DNA of 64,000 nt, from positions 49,166,001 through 49,230,000 of the forward strand of contig CM060731.1 of NCBI GenBank assembly GCA_030704615.1, in the 5' to 3' direction. Below are positions 38,601-49,850 of this stretch, piece by piece (within the stretch, counting starts at the first letter, position 1; each line of letters starts with the position of its first letter). The translations under genes were made by a program, and so were the position numbers. This DNA is from Takakia lepidozioides. Taxonomy: Eukaryota > Plantae > Bryophyta. The notes under the pieces were generated by a model. The model did no database searches. It was not told the DNA's origin and was given only the letters and a program-made list of their open reading frames with translations.

Positions 38601-39570
38601 ATCCAGGTCCAACGGGTTGGGATGTCCTGGTTGTAGTCTCAACCTCAGCTGTTGGGTCTACTTCTTCATACTCTTCCTCTTCCAATTTTTTCTCTCTATT
38701 TTCATCCTCCAAGTTTTGCCCTTGGGTTTCTTCTTCACTCATGTAACTCAACTGTAATGGTGTTGGAGAGTCTGAACTCTCCATTGGCTCTGCCACATCC
38801 TCTCCTCCTTCTTCACCTTCCGTTTCAGAAACTGGAGTTCCTGCTTTTGGCGTTCCATGCCAACTCTTATCAAAGATTTCTATCAAATCTTTTATCCAGG
38901 GATGTACCTCAGATCTTTCACCTCGTGATTGATCTTCTTCCCGTACCAATTCCCTTAATTTTTCTTGCAAAGAAAAAGAAAGAGTGGCATCCAACTCTAG
39001 TTCTTCCGGTATGGGTGATGTACTCTCTGATCTCAATGGTGTGAGAGGTCCAGATGATTCCCCTATGTCTATTCCTCTCTCCCAAAGATATGGATAATTA
39101 GCTTTCAGATAACTTTATCTTTTTGCTGAATATCTCTGGAGTCTAGCTTCTCTTTCATCACTCATTTCCCATGTCTTTCATTTCTTTAATGTGGCAGTAA
39201 CCAAAACTCTCTTCTATAGTATCTCTCGTATATGCCTGGGTTTCTTTCAAGCTTCAATGCACCCTTGGCTATATTAGAAGTCTCCGTTACCATATAACCA
39301 TATGGCAAACAAGTCTAGAAAGCTGTTCTTGGTGTGAGTTTGATCCACAAAATATCCTTTGGAATCCAATTCTTTACCAGTACAAGCTCTTCATGCATAT
39401 GAGTATAAACATTCACCTTCCTTTCCTCCCAGCCTTCAAACTCTACTCACTTAATGGATAGCAATGCTATCACATAAACCAGTGTTGGTAACCAACGTGC
39501 TCTTCCCCTACAGGCCACCTGATAAATCTTTATCACTCCCTTCTCCAGACCCCACTCAGGGTCAGCATCA
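38601..39570 (-). mobile_element. Ty3/gypsy-type element, 5' leader and acidic N-terminal gag region
   Basis: ORF 39036-38601 joins the gag at 27423 in frame once the MULE is removed. Its junction with CACTA coding sequence near 39570 starts with TG, but the LTR and PBS were not confidently resolved. Confidence 0.6.
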
Positions 39571-39579
39571 TGCACTCTT

Positions 39580-41860
39580 TTTAGAATATTCCTCCTTTGT
39601 CCATTGCCAAGGTGCACGCCTATACTTCCACCATACAACACCCTTTGGGTCCACACCATTTTCTTCGGTCCATAGATGGGGCATGCAACCCTGCTCCTCA
39701 AGTTCCTTTCTAACACCGAGAGAATCTCATTTCGCAGCCACTCCCTTCTTTGTCGGCGTGCCATGAAGAACACAAAAAAGGGACGAGCAAACATTCTTCT
39801 CAATATGCATGGGATCTAGAAGATGACGAATCTTCAGGTCAAACACATATCCCCACCCACAAATTCTTACACGTCTATTTTGTCGTGAAAGTGACAATGG
39901 AAATCATACAAAACATGCAATATCACATGCATGCATAGCAATATTGATGGTGTTTTTGTGGAATATGTACCGCCCAATATGACAACTCGTAGAAGATTGA
40001 AAGTCGCTTCATGCCGGACACCTCCACTTCACCGGACCCCTCCGGATGGGCCTCCTTCCATCGGTCTTCCCAAAAGTGCCCGGATGGTGTCACAGGTGGG
40101 GGACGTAACTCCACTTTGCCATCAAACAAGTGTTTGTCTCTTCTCCAATGATGGCTCATAGGGAAGAAACTTGCGGTAGTTGGGATACACCATCTTGCGA
40201 AGATTGCTGGAGCTTTGTGCATCAAGTTCATCGCCACAATGCAGGCATGCGTGGTACCCTTTAGTGCTCAACCCGAGCAAACAGTAAGTCCTGTAGACAT
40301 TCCGCCACATTAGGAAAGACAAAAAGTTTTCATGTGCATCTACCCCACTACGGTGCAGAAGACTGTCGCCACTACTTCAATCAATCCCAATCCTCATCAA
40401 TATCCCTTGATAGGTAAATGTACGCGGGTTTCTCATGGGGAACATAATATACCTGGATAATCATGCATTGTCCAAAGCAAGATGTCTCTCATCTGAAAAG
40501 ATTGTCCCGCCATAGGGTCAAGTGAAGCATCCAATGTCGGGACCCCCCTCCATAACTCCTTCAGTTCATCAACTAGAGGTCGCAAGTACGTGTCCATGTC
40601 TTTCACTTGTTTTTTTCCCTATGAGACATTCACACCATTAATTGTTTCAATGCTCTACCATGCTAATTATACTTCATAATGAATGACACATCTTACTACA
40701 TGATTACGTCACTTATCAATCTTCCATCGGAATTGCGCCAAAGAGAATAAGATTAATGTAAAATCCAAAGTAATAATAAGCATGAAATGGAAACACTCAC
40801 CCGGTACAATGGCAGCCAACATGATATGGCCTTTTTTTATTGAAAGATACGGAGGGATGTTGTAATTCATCATGGTCACCGGCCAAGTGGAATGACTACA
40901 TGATTGGACAGAGAATGGATTGACCCCATCCGAGGAGAAGCCGAGGCGGACATGTCGTGGGTCCTCCAAGAGAAAAGGCCACATCTCTTCAGTATGCCTC
41001 CATGCTTGTGAATCTTGTGGCCCGCACACCTTTCCCGGGGGGCTCCGATGCGAGGCGTGTCATCTCACCAGTTCTGCCAATGAAGGGCTTCGGTAGTGTG
41101 CCTGCAGTCGCGGGATGATTGGAAAGTAGTGCATTTTCTGGCACCATCCCCATGTCGGCCCCATATCATGATCAGTGTCATTCATATCTCTAAGTAAAAC
41201 CTTACGTCTTGTAGCGGTTGCAAAAAGATAGAATGCAATATACAAGTGTATTGTGGCGTGGGTATACCTTGCGCGGGGCTTTCTTCCCTTGAACATCATC
41301 CCGATATCGGTCTTTGTTGCACTTTGGACACTTGGTGAGTTTCGCATCCTCTCCGTAGTACAGGGGGTTTTATCACATGGACATGCATGAAAAATCTTAT
41401 AGCCCATCCCCACAGCATCCAAGGCTGCTCTTGCCTCTTTTCTTGATCGTGGCATTCTCGGCTTCAAATGTGGGGCAAGGATGTAGTCCGCAATAGTCCG
41501 CATTATGGCGGACATACCCACATTGCTTATGCCAAACTAGATTTGCAAATTCAGCAACAACAAGATGGTTGAAAGTCTACTCACTTTGGCCCCTTCGTAT
41601 AAGGGAGTTTTGGCTTCTTTTTCCATGTCATTCAAAGAGTCTGTGTCCTCATCTACCATCTGATGCATTAAGAGGTCCTCCATTGCTGTCACATCCTCAT
41701 GCATAATTCCATTGTCATTGTTGTCCTCATCATCGGAGACCGCCATTTCAGACGGGGTCGGGTCCCTTTGATATGCACCCCCCTCCGAAGGAACAAAATC
41801 CCGGTTCATGACAAGATCATGAACTTCATGAATTAACGTCGTGGGGTTATGGCCGGCATC
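39580..41860 (-). pseudogene. CACTA transposase (Tnp2/Transposase_21), N-terminal and catalytic portion
   Basis: EAKTPLYEGAKVSRLS, HACPCD, YFPIIPRLQ, DSQAW, DPRHVRLGFSSDGVNPF, STWPV..NYNIPP, YLRPLVDELKELW, LLWTMHDYPG, KGYHAC, RHLLDPMHIEKNV. Spliced, with stops. Confidence 0.92.
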
Positions 41861-42172
41861 CTAAGATGCCAAAAACAACCATGTCATTATCAGTTTCCAT
41901 ACATGGCGTTGTTCATTATCATACAAGATAAAACCCAAAGTACACATTATACACGAGGGGAATACATACATTGCTTCACCACATGAAGGAGACACTATAT
42001 AATTCAAAATACCCAAATTCACATATAACGTCCACCCAAACTCCCTTGAATATAGCATGAAAAACTGCATCCAAATACACATCAATGCCTATGTATATAT
42101 ATACAAGGTGGAGGAAACCACCTCAATGTACAAAATGTCTTCCTACGTCCATCTACACATGATGAAAGTCGG

Positions 42173-43183
42173 CTAACGCCTAAAGTCATACTCTGCAAAC
42201 AACTCCTCTCCAGCCCTAATAGTCATCCTTGCACATGTCATCACAAAAGTGGTGATATTAGGGTCCAATCTACCATCCCCGTCATGGCGCTCATCCCAAA
42301 ACACGTTGGCGGTGTGGCCCGGCAGTAAGGTAACTGAACTGTTGATGAGCCCAACCACATTGCCGTACACATCGGGGTTTCCGTCACAATAAATATGGGC
42401 TTTGCGGCCCAAATTTCTCGCCTTTACATCATTGTCGTTCACAACAAGGATGTAAGGATGGATCAAGGACCCAAGGTCGTGTGTCTGCAATAATTGCCAC
42501 CCCCGGTGGGTGTACCTCGGCCCAAAATAGGGGAACAAATCCACAGAATCCTCTCCTTCCCCCAAAACTACATCCTCCATAAAAAAAAGTCCACAACCCA
42601 TACTAGGGTCCATTGCCTCCATCACGCAATACATGCGACCCCAAAAAAGAAAGGGCTCACCCTCGGGAATCGGAACTGGACAAGGCACAAGACATTGGTA
42701 GAAATGGGGTTGGACTCCCATCGTGAATAGCTCCCTAGCACCACAATGACGTATAGTGCCGTCATCAGGCCGGTGAAGGCGCGGACCAACCGTGCGAAAC
42801 AACTTCGGTCCACCTCTCCTAGGGGGCGGCTCCCGTCCATCACTTCGGGGGCCCTTCTCCCGGAGTGGGAACCTAGTGATCCATCGGTCCCAGTCATACA
42901 CAGTCCCCAAAGGTGGTGGGATCCATCTGGGTTTTGCCGGAGGACCGGGGTACGGACTCGGTGGCGGCTGTGGTCTCGGCAATGGAGGGGAAGGGAAACG
43001 TAGGTTGGTATGAGGGATCTCGCGTGGAGGTAGTACTGGCCGAAATGGCTGGGATGGCGATGGTGATGAGGAAAGAACATGTACAATAAGAGGAACGGAC
43101 AATGCGGATGATGGTGATGATGGGGGTGCCGAGAGGTTAGCTATTTCATGAGCATGAGCGGCATGAGCGGAGTAGTAAGACAA
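42173..43183 (-). CDS. SET-domain protein (Pro-rich N-terminus plus divergent SET)
   Basis: MGCGLFF (GxG), FPYFGPRY (YxG), IYCDG..GNVVGLINSS (cf. GNxxRFINHS), ANV, IRAGEELFAEYDF (cf. IxxGEELxxDY). The frame is open for 336 codons, but the track start is TTG, so the true start is uncertain. Confidence 0.8.
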   Translation of the reverse strand: MSYYSAHAAHAHEIANLSAPPSSPSSALSVPLIVHVLSSSPSPSQPFRPVLPPREIPHTNLRFPSPPLPRPQPPPSPYPGPPAKPRWIPPPLGTVYDWDRWITRFPLREKGPRSDGREPPPRRGGPKLFRTVGPRLHRPDDGTIRHCGARELFTMGVQPHFYQCLVPCPVPIPEGEPFLFWGRMYCVMEAMDPSMGCGLFFMEDVVLGEGEDSVDLFPYFGPRYTHRGWQLLQTHDLGSLIHPYILVVNDNDVKARNLGRKAHIYCDGNPDVYGNVVGLINSSVTLLPGHTANVFWDERHDGDGRLDPNITTFVMTCARMTIRAGEELFAEYDFRR

Positions 43184-43369
43184 TCAGTTTTCATGAGTAG
43201 AAGTACAAATTTCGAAAATAAAAAACAATAAAAAACAATAATTTAATGCAATGTGTCAGGAAAAACAAATATATTATTCGGCCCCTTGAAAGGAAAATTG
43301 TAGTTTTGACAGTTGTGCTCATGATATTTCGTCTTCCGCTCATGCCAATTCCCAGCGACATGTGCAAAT

Positions 43370-43850
43370 ATGGCGCCGAATTTCGCGGTAATAGGGTCCG
43401 TAACCTGAAAAAACGCCGACGTATTTCGCGGTAATAGGTCTCTCTGGCGAAAAATGGTGCCGAATTCCGCGGCTATAGGTCCCCTCATGACAGGTAATTC
43501 GGCGCCATTTTTCCAGGCATGTTCGGACTTAGCCTTTAGCCAGTTTTCGGCGCAAAATAGGGAAATTCGGCGCCGTTTTTTCCAGACACTATACCCAGTG
43601 CATGTTGGGATTTTAGCCAGTTTTCGGCCCAAAAAAGAGAAATTCGGCGCCATTTTCACACGGTACCAATGCATGTTGGGACTTAGCCAGTTTTCGGCCC
43701 AAAAAAGAAAATTTTGGCGCCATTTTTCCCAGACACAGGTACCAGTGCATGTTGGGAATGTTGGAGTTTCCCAAACACAGGTACCAGTGCATGTTTTAGC
43801 AGTTTTCGGGCCCAAAAAGAGAAATTCGGCGCCATTTTCCAGAAATGGCC
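43370..43850. repeat. Short repeats built on gaaattcggcgcc / accagtgcatgtt
   Basis: There are multiple ~75-bp units (ttagccagttttcggcccaaaaaagagaaattcggcgccatttt…) and direct and inverted aattcggcgcc motifs. Confidence 0.75.
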
Positions 43851-43999
43851 CACAACTGCTTTTGTTGGATCTCAGTTTGAATGGAATATTGCCTCATTCC
43901 AGGAGTTTGGGGTGCATTTCATTACACTGCAAAAAAAAGTCTCTGATACAAACAAAATGCAATTGAAAAATATCCATATGGAGGATTCAGCTTGCCCCA

Positions 44000-45110
44000 T
44001 CAATGATTTCTGGAATCCCTAAGGAGGAGTTTGTGCAGCTCGTTCACGCTCAACGCCGGTGCATGAATAGAGTCATCAATAGTCACGTTCATCCTCAACC
44101 TCTTCAGGTAAATGTAATACAGATGCTTGCACGGATAATACTTCGAACCCTTCTTTGCTTCCATCAACGAGAAGTCTGTACAATTGCAAGTCGGCTCCAC
44201 TCCAATCGTAATTGTGTATACATTGTCGCGTACAGCCGAGCCGGCCGTTGCCATCCGATACACACGCCCAAGCCGGGTGGAGGTACGTCCACGGAGCTCT
44301 GAATAGTGCAAGCCATCCCAAGAGCATTGACAATCCGAGTCTCATTCAACTTGTTGGGAGGGGGTCGTCTCTTCAATCTTCCGAATCGCAATTGTGGGAA
44401 TGTGCAGAATTGTGTCCAATCCGTCTCTACTGGGACCGAGCAGTCTGCAATGGCTGGGTCTGAGGAACCGGAAATGCGTGGGCCGGGATGTCTGTGCGTT
44501 GCACCATTCGAAATCCTGCTGCAGATAGAGCATCCGCCTCATTCTGAGAGAGGCTGCAACCCGGTGCAACAGACCACATGCCCGGAGGCTCCGGCATTCC
44601 CTGAATCCCGTACTTGGGCTTGCCAAATACACAGGTCATTATGTCGTGCCTACAGAACCAAAATGTCTGCGTTGTGGCGTGAGCAAATGTGGGAGTCAAA
44701 AATCTGCCGCTGAAACAAGGTGCAGGTACAGCACCGTGTGGGTTCCTCCGAATCATCTCACCATAGCGTGCTCTCGTATCCACCCGGATGGCGCAACACT
44801 TCCCTCGAAATGCCGGCAATGTCTTTGCAATTCTCCACTGTGACTCCGACACTCTTGTCTCCACAATAGGAATGTTGTACTGCTTTACTACAGATGGCTT
44901 GTTATGTTGCCGGGGCACGCGCCCTGTGCTCAAAGGAGATGACGATCCTGAACGTGCAGGACTTGCGGTGCTCGACGAGACCTCCTCGGGCAACATCACC
45001 GGACCACGAGGGAGCGTGCGAATATTCTTGTCAGCTCGCCATGAATCCTCTTCTCCGCCAGGTGCCTCGTCAAGTCTTCGTCTCACTGGACGGGTATGAA
45101 CATCTCCTTA
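44000..45110 (-). pseudogene. Second MULE transposase, C-terminal part with SWIM
   Basis: RRRLDEAPGGEEDSWRAD, PAPCFSG..FWFC..D...CV and YTITIGVEPTCNCTDF...CKHLYYIY are homologous to 28002-29200. Confidence 0.8.
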
Positions 45111-45117
45111 TTACCCC

Positions 45118-47160
45118 CAAATGGAAATTCGGCACCCAATATCCAACAGGGGCCGCACGGATGAAGTCGTCTGGGGCAGAGATGCCGGCACCTGTCCGAC
45201 AGAGAACATCCCCCGGACGGAAATTCAGCGCCGAATTTCCATTCGGATCCCCCCAAAGGAAGTCCTGTCGGGGGGTCAGGCCGAAAACTGGCCGATATAA
45301 AAACCTACGCGAATGGAAAAACGGCGCCAAATTTCCATCCGAGGCCTTTCGGATGTAGTCGGCTCGGGGGAAAGGCCGCCATCTGGCCCTCACATTACAA
45401 CCCCCGGACAGAAATTCGGCACCGAATATACAACAGGGGAAGCCCGGATGAAGTCGCCTCGGGCGCAGAGGCCGGCGCGTGTGCGACAAAGAATATCCCT
45501 TGGATGGAGATTCGACGCCGAATTTCCATCCGGGCCCCCCCAAAGGAAGTCGTGTCGGGGGGTCAGACCGAAAACTGGCCGACATAAAAACCTCCCAAGA
45601 TGGAAAAACGGCGCCGAATTTCAATCCGGGGCCGTTCCAATGCAGTCGGGGAGGGGGGAGAGGCCGGCACCTGGCCGTCAAATTTCAACCCCCGGACGGA
45701 AATTCGGCACCGAATAGCCAACAAAGCGGCGGAGAGGCCGACACCTCTCCGACAGAGACCATCCCCCGGATGGAAATTCGGCGCCGAATTTCCATCGGGG
45801 CCCCCTCAAAGGAAGTCGTAAAAACCTCCCCAGATGGAAAAACGGCGCCGAATTTCCATCCGGGGCCGTTCCAATGCAGTCGGGGAGGGGGGAGAGGCCG
45901 GCACCTGGCCGTCATATTTCAAACCCCGGACGGAAATTCGGCACCGAATATCCAACAGAGCGGCGGAGAGGCCGGCACCTCTCCGACAGAGACCATCCCC
46001 CGGATGGAAATTCGGCGCCGAATTTCCATCGGGGCCCCCTCAAAGGAAGTCGCAGAAACCTCCTAGAATGGAAAAACGGCGCCGAATTTCCGTCCGAGGC
46101 TGTTCCGATTTGCCTCTAGCAGTCAAGGATTCCAAGAAAAACGTGTCTACAAGTGCACTTCAGCCACAAAACAAACAGTTAGGTTTGTTTTTCTCCGAAA
46201 AATCAATCCGACACGCTCAGAATTACCTGTAGGAAGGTAATTCAGCGCTCAGAATTACCTGCAGGAAGGTAATTCAGCGATCAGAATTACCTGCAGGAAG
46301 GTAATTCAGCGCTTCGAAATACCTGGCGAATGGAAATTCGGCGCCGTCCATCCAGCAGGTAAGTGGAATCCCGGATGGATGGGAATCCGGCGCCGAATTT
46401 CCATCCTGCAGGTAATTCGACTCCCGGATGGATGGAAATCTGGCCCTTCGGATGGCAGCCCAATTTGCTTGTGCGTTGTCCGCCATGAAACCACGGAAAT
46501 TGGAAGGGGGCAACCTCGCCTTGGCCATCTCTTTGTTTATTCCCATCCGGGGGTTGTAATGTGACGGCGAGGTGCCGGACTCTCCCCCCGAGCCGACTGC
46601 ATCCGAACGGCCCCGGATGGAAATTCGGCGCCGTTTTTCCATCCGGGGAGGTTTTTATGTCGGCCAGTTTTCGGCCTGACCCCCCGACACAACTTCCTTT
46701 GGGGGGGCCCGGATGGAAATTCGGCGCCGAATTTCCATTCGGGGGATGTTCTCTGTCGGACAGGTGCTGGCCTCTCCGTCCGAGGTGACTTCATCCGGGC
46801 GGCCCCTGTTGGATATTCGGTGCCGAATCCGTTCGGGGGTTGTAATGTGATGGCCAGGTGCCGGCCTCTCCCCCCGAGCCGACTGCATCCGAACGGCCCC
46901 GGATGGAAATTCGGCGCCGTTTTTCCATCCGGGGAGGTTTTTATGTCGGCCAGTTTTCGGCCTGACCCCCCGACACGACTTCCTTTGGGGGGGCCCGGAT
47001 GGAAATTCGGCGCTGAATTTCCATCCGGGGGATGTTCTCTGTCGGACAGGTGCCGGCCTCTCCGCCCGAGTCGACTTCATCCGGGCGGCCCCTGTTGGAT
47101 ATTCGGTGCCGAATTTCCATCCGGGGGTTGTAATGTGACGGCACGGTGCCGGCTTCTCCC
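45118..47160. repeat. ~287-bp satellite in two oppositely oriented blocks, rich in the palindrome GGATGGAAATTCGGCGCCGAATTTCCATCC
   Basis: Units at ~45124, 45411, 45699 and 45933 (+); inverted units at ~46545-47160. Between them are a 32-bp x3 tandem (46214-46309) and a transposase scrap. Confidence 0.88.
46448..46546 (-). pseudogene. MULE DDE-core scrap inside the satellite
   Basis: GINKEMAKARLPPSNFRGFMADNAQANWAAIR is homologous to GLPSPNFAGFMADSAQANFNAVR of the first transposase. Confidence 0.75.
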
Positions 47161-47422
47161 CTTCAGCCGACATCATTTGGGCGGCCCCCCACTTTCTGAC
47201 TGCATACCGTTGGCAGTTATTGCGCAAAGACCAGGGGCCGCATTCCGGAGACAAGGTTCATTAACACTCTGGCTGGATTTTTGAGATAGTTGGCTCCCTG
47301 GATTTGGATCAGGCTTCGTCGCTCGGACAAATCGGCACCGCATTCCTTCCCATCGGTGCATCCCCCTTCTACCAGGGAGCTTGCCCGCACCCCATCTTGG
47401 CAGTCTTGTGTGCACATCTCCT

Positions 47423-48420
47423 ATGGCGGAAAACCCGAGCACTACACTGTACTGCCCTCCTCACAAGCATAGAGCTTCATTTCCGTGCAGAGGGGACATC
47501 TGCCGTGTGATGGAGAAATATCTGTGCGTTCGATACCACCTGAAACCGGGGTCGGTTTTTTTGGAGGAGGAAAGGAAGGACTCAAACGGCGTTGTCGTCG
47601 AGAGTATTGTTGTGCTCCACAATGATTTCGGCGATGGCAGGGAATGGCGAGTTCCACCATCGGACAGCGTCATATACAGGGCTGTTGGGGACTTCATTTG
47701 CCCGCCAAATGCACCTTCTATCCTGGCGCCTTCCACGAAACAATCCGCGAATCAGAGAGTGGGTACCTCAAAGAGAGAAGTCCGCAACGAAGTAAATCCA
47801 GAGCTGAACCCATCAATGAAGACGAGCGAGAACCGGGTTGTTCACAACCTGTCCGACTCCGACGAGGTCATGGAAGTTCCGAGATCGTCCTGGAGATCAG
47901 GCAAGTCCTCAATGGACGTCAGTGGACGAGGGAGTCATATTCCCAGCACGAGCACCGCAGTTCGATCCATTCTTGAAATTCTGCGAGGGCTTCACATGGA
48001 GGGACACCACTCGGAGCTCGCCGGGCTGGACTACAGCAAGTTCACAATTAAATGGGTTACATGCCTTCCCGCAGACGTCGACGGTAATATCTTCTTTGAG
48101 TTCCCTCCTCGGACGGACTACTCGAGGGCGTCCGGAATGTTGACAGATATGGATAGAAAACATGATGGTCATCCTTGGTGCGTCACCAAAACCACCAGCA
48201 TGAAGATGCTCGATGGTGTGCGGGTGCGCTACGTTGTTTGTGCGGGCGCGTTGCGGTGTTTCTCCCCAATTTGCTCCACTTTAAATCTAGAGGTCACAGG
48301 AACGAGACCGATTGGACAGGCACAGCTCATCAACCATTTCGAGCTCAGGAGAAGGTTCCGAACTCCACATTTAAGTGTGCGCATTGCAAAGAACCACCAC
48401 ACTGCATGTCTGTTTGTAAT
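47423..48420 (+). pseudogene. Second MULE transposase, N-terminal GCM-like part (opposite orientation to its C-terminal part)
   Basis: LPADVDGNIFFEFPP...MDRKHDGHPWC...VCAGALRC...FKCAHC is homologous to 31457-30600 and is truncated by a PPR fragment. Confidence 0.8.
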
Positions 48421-48868
48421 ATACCGTTGCAAACTCCCTTCACATCCTCGATGCACCCACATTTCGCATACATGTCCACAAGGGTGATATTGCAAACTCA
48501 AATGAATGTGACCCGGTCCGGCTTCACCCCTTCCCGCATTATTTGCTCATACGTCTCCGAAGCTCTATACCACGCCCCCACTGTGCATATCCTCGCCCTT
48601 CCTACATCATTTGCTTAAGAATAAGCTCAAGAAAGCTGCATCAGTGCTCAAGAATAGGTCGCAAAGCCTCAACCCCACGCCCCTGCATTGCATATTCTGT
48701 GATCATCCCGTTCCATGACATAAGTTCTCCCTGCTTCGGCTCGATACTACAAAATCATATGGTAGCGCGGGAGACAAAAAGAGGCTAAATCCCAGCCCTC
48801 TGTGTTCATGGCTGAACGTGACCAACCCTAAAGCAATTTTTTGAATTTTTTAACATGTTTATGGTGTC
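48421..48868 (-). repeat. Inverted copy of the PPR-fragment region 21355-21740 joined to 22135-22200
   Basis: The reverse complement matches aaaaattcaaaaa.ttgctttagggttg...gtatcgagccgaagcag...ccggaccgggtcac with scattered substitutions and one large deletion. Confidence 0.85.
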
Positions 48869-49259
48869 ACTTATCTGGATGCCCCTTGGAAGGTGGACAC
48901 TTACAGCTAACTGGCTGGGGCAAGTTGCCCAACCCTTCCCCAAAGCATTTCACATCAAGTAACAGATTTAAGTAACCAATCACCATTTTATAGCTCCGTA
49001 TGTGGCTTTGATCCAACGACCCCTTGTAAGGTGGCCTTGTGCCATTGGGCCACCTATTGGATGCTTTGAAGGCGGCTATATAATGTGACAGTGACATTGA
49101 TATCACTTGAATACTTTATTAATTTTCATGAGGAACTCACTCCCAACCATACAAGTCACTCACAATTATCTGTGTGTGTGACAAAAACCCAAAGCTCCCG
49201 CGGCCATAGAGGGAGCGGATGGGCGGCCATATCGATGCTGATACGGCATACCCCTAACC

Positions 49260-49850
49260 TCGCTTGGAATTATGCTAAACTATGACAAATCCTCAAAAAG
49301 CAGAGCCAGTGATTGTCCAGTCTTCGACACTATTAGATGTGCCACCCTCTGGCACCTGTGGAAAGCGAGATGTAAACGAACCTTCTCTGGAACTACCTGT
49401 TCAGTATCAGCACTTCTTTCAGCAATATACTATGACTTACAAATTGAATCCAGGAGAGCCTGGATCAAACTAGCAGCTGACATGAAAAAGAAACCACGGA
49501 TTGCAGGGTAACTGCACTCTGCCTTCATCTCTACTTGGGCACATCAAGGCATTATCTGCAGAAGCGTCTCCAACGATCACTGCGAATGGAACAAGCTGCC
49601 ACTGCCCAACTGGAGCAACACCAATACCACCATCCACCGCATCGCCGGAGTTTGACAGGGACATAAACTGGAAGCACGTCAAGGAGGGCGCCAAACAATC
49701 GAGGCTCCACTTTCGCTGATGTTTGGTAGCTCTGAAGTATGGCCGAGCTGTAATCACTCAATCGCCTCCGGGATACACCCACGTTCTGTGATGCAGCTAC
49801 TCAATAATAAATCCCCAGGCGTTTTGCCCTGGGGATGCTTTGATAATTAC
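49260..49850 (+). mobile_element. 5'-truncated LINE 3' end
   Basis: IRCATLWHLWKARCKRTF is the typical LINE ORF2 C-terminal W..W..R...F motif. It is followed by a 3' UTR with aataataaa and a small hairpin. Confidence 0.55.

Noticed and set aside
45070-47284. Many overlapping ORFs in all frames
   Set aside because: They arise from a GC-rich, stop-poor satellite and show no domain signal apart from the 46448-46546 scrap.
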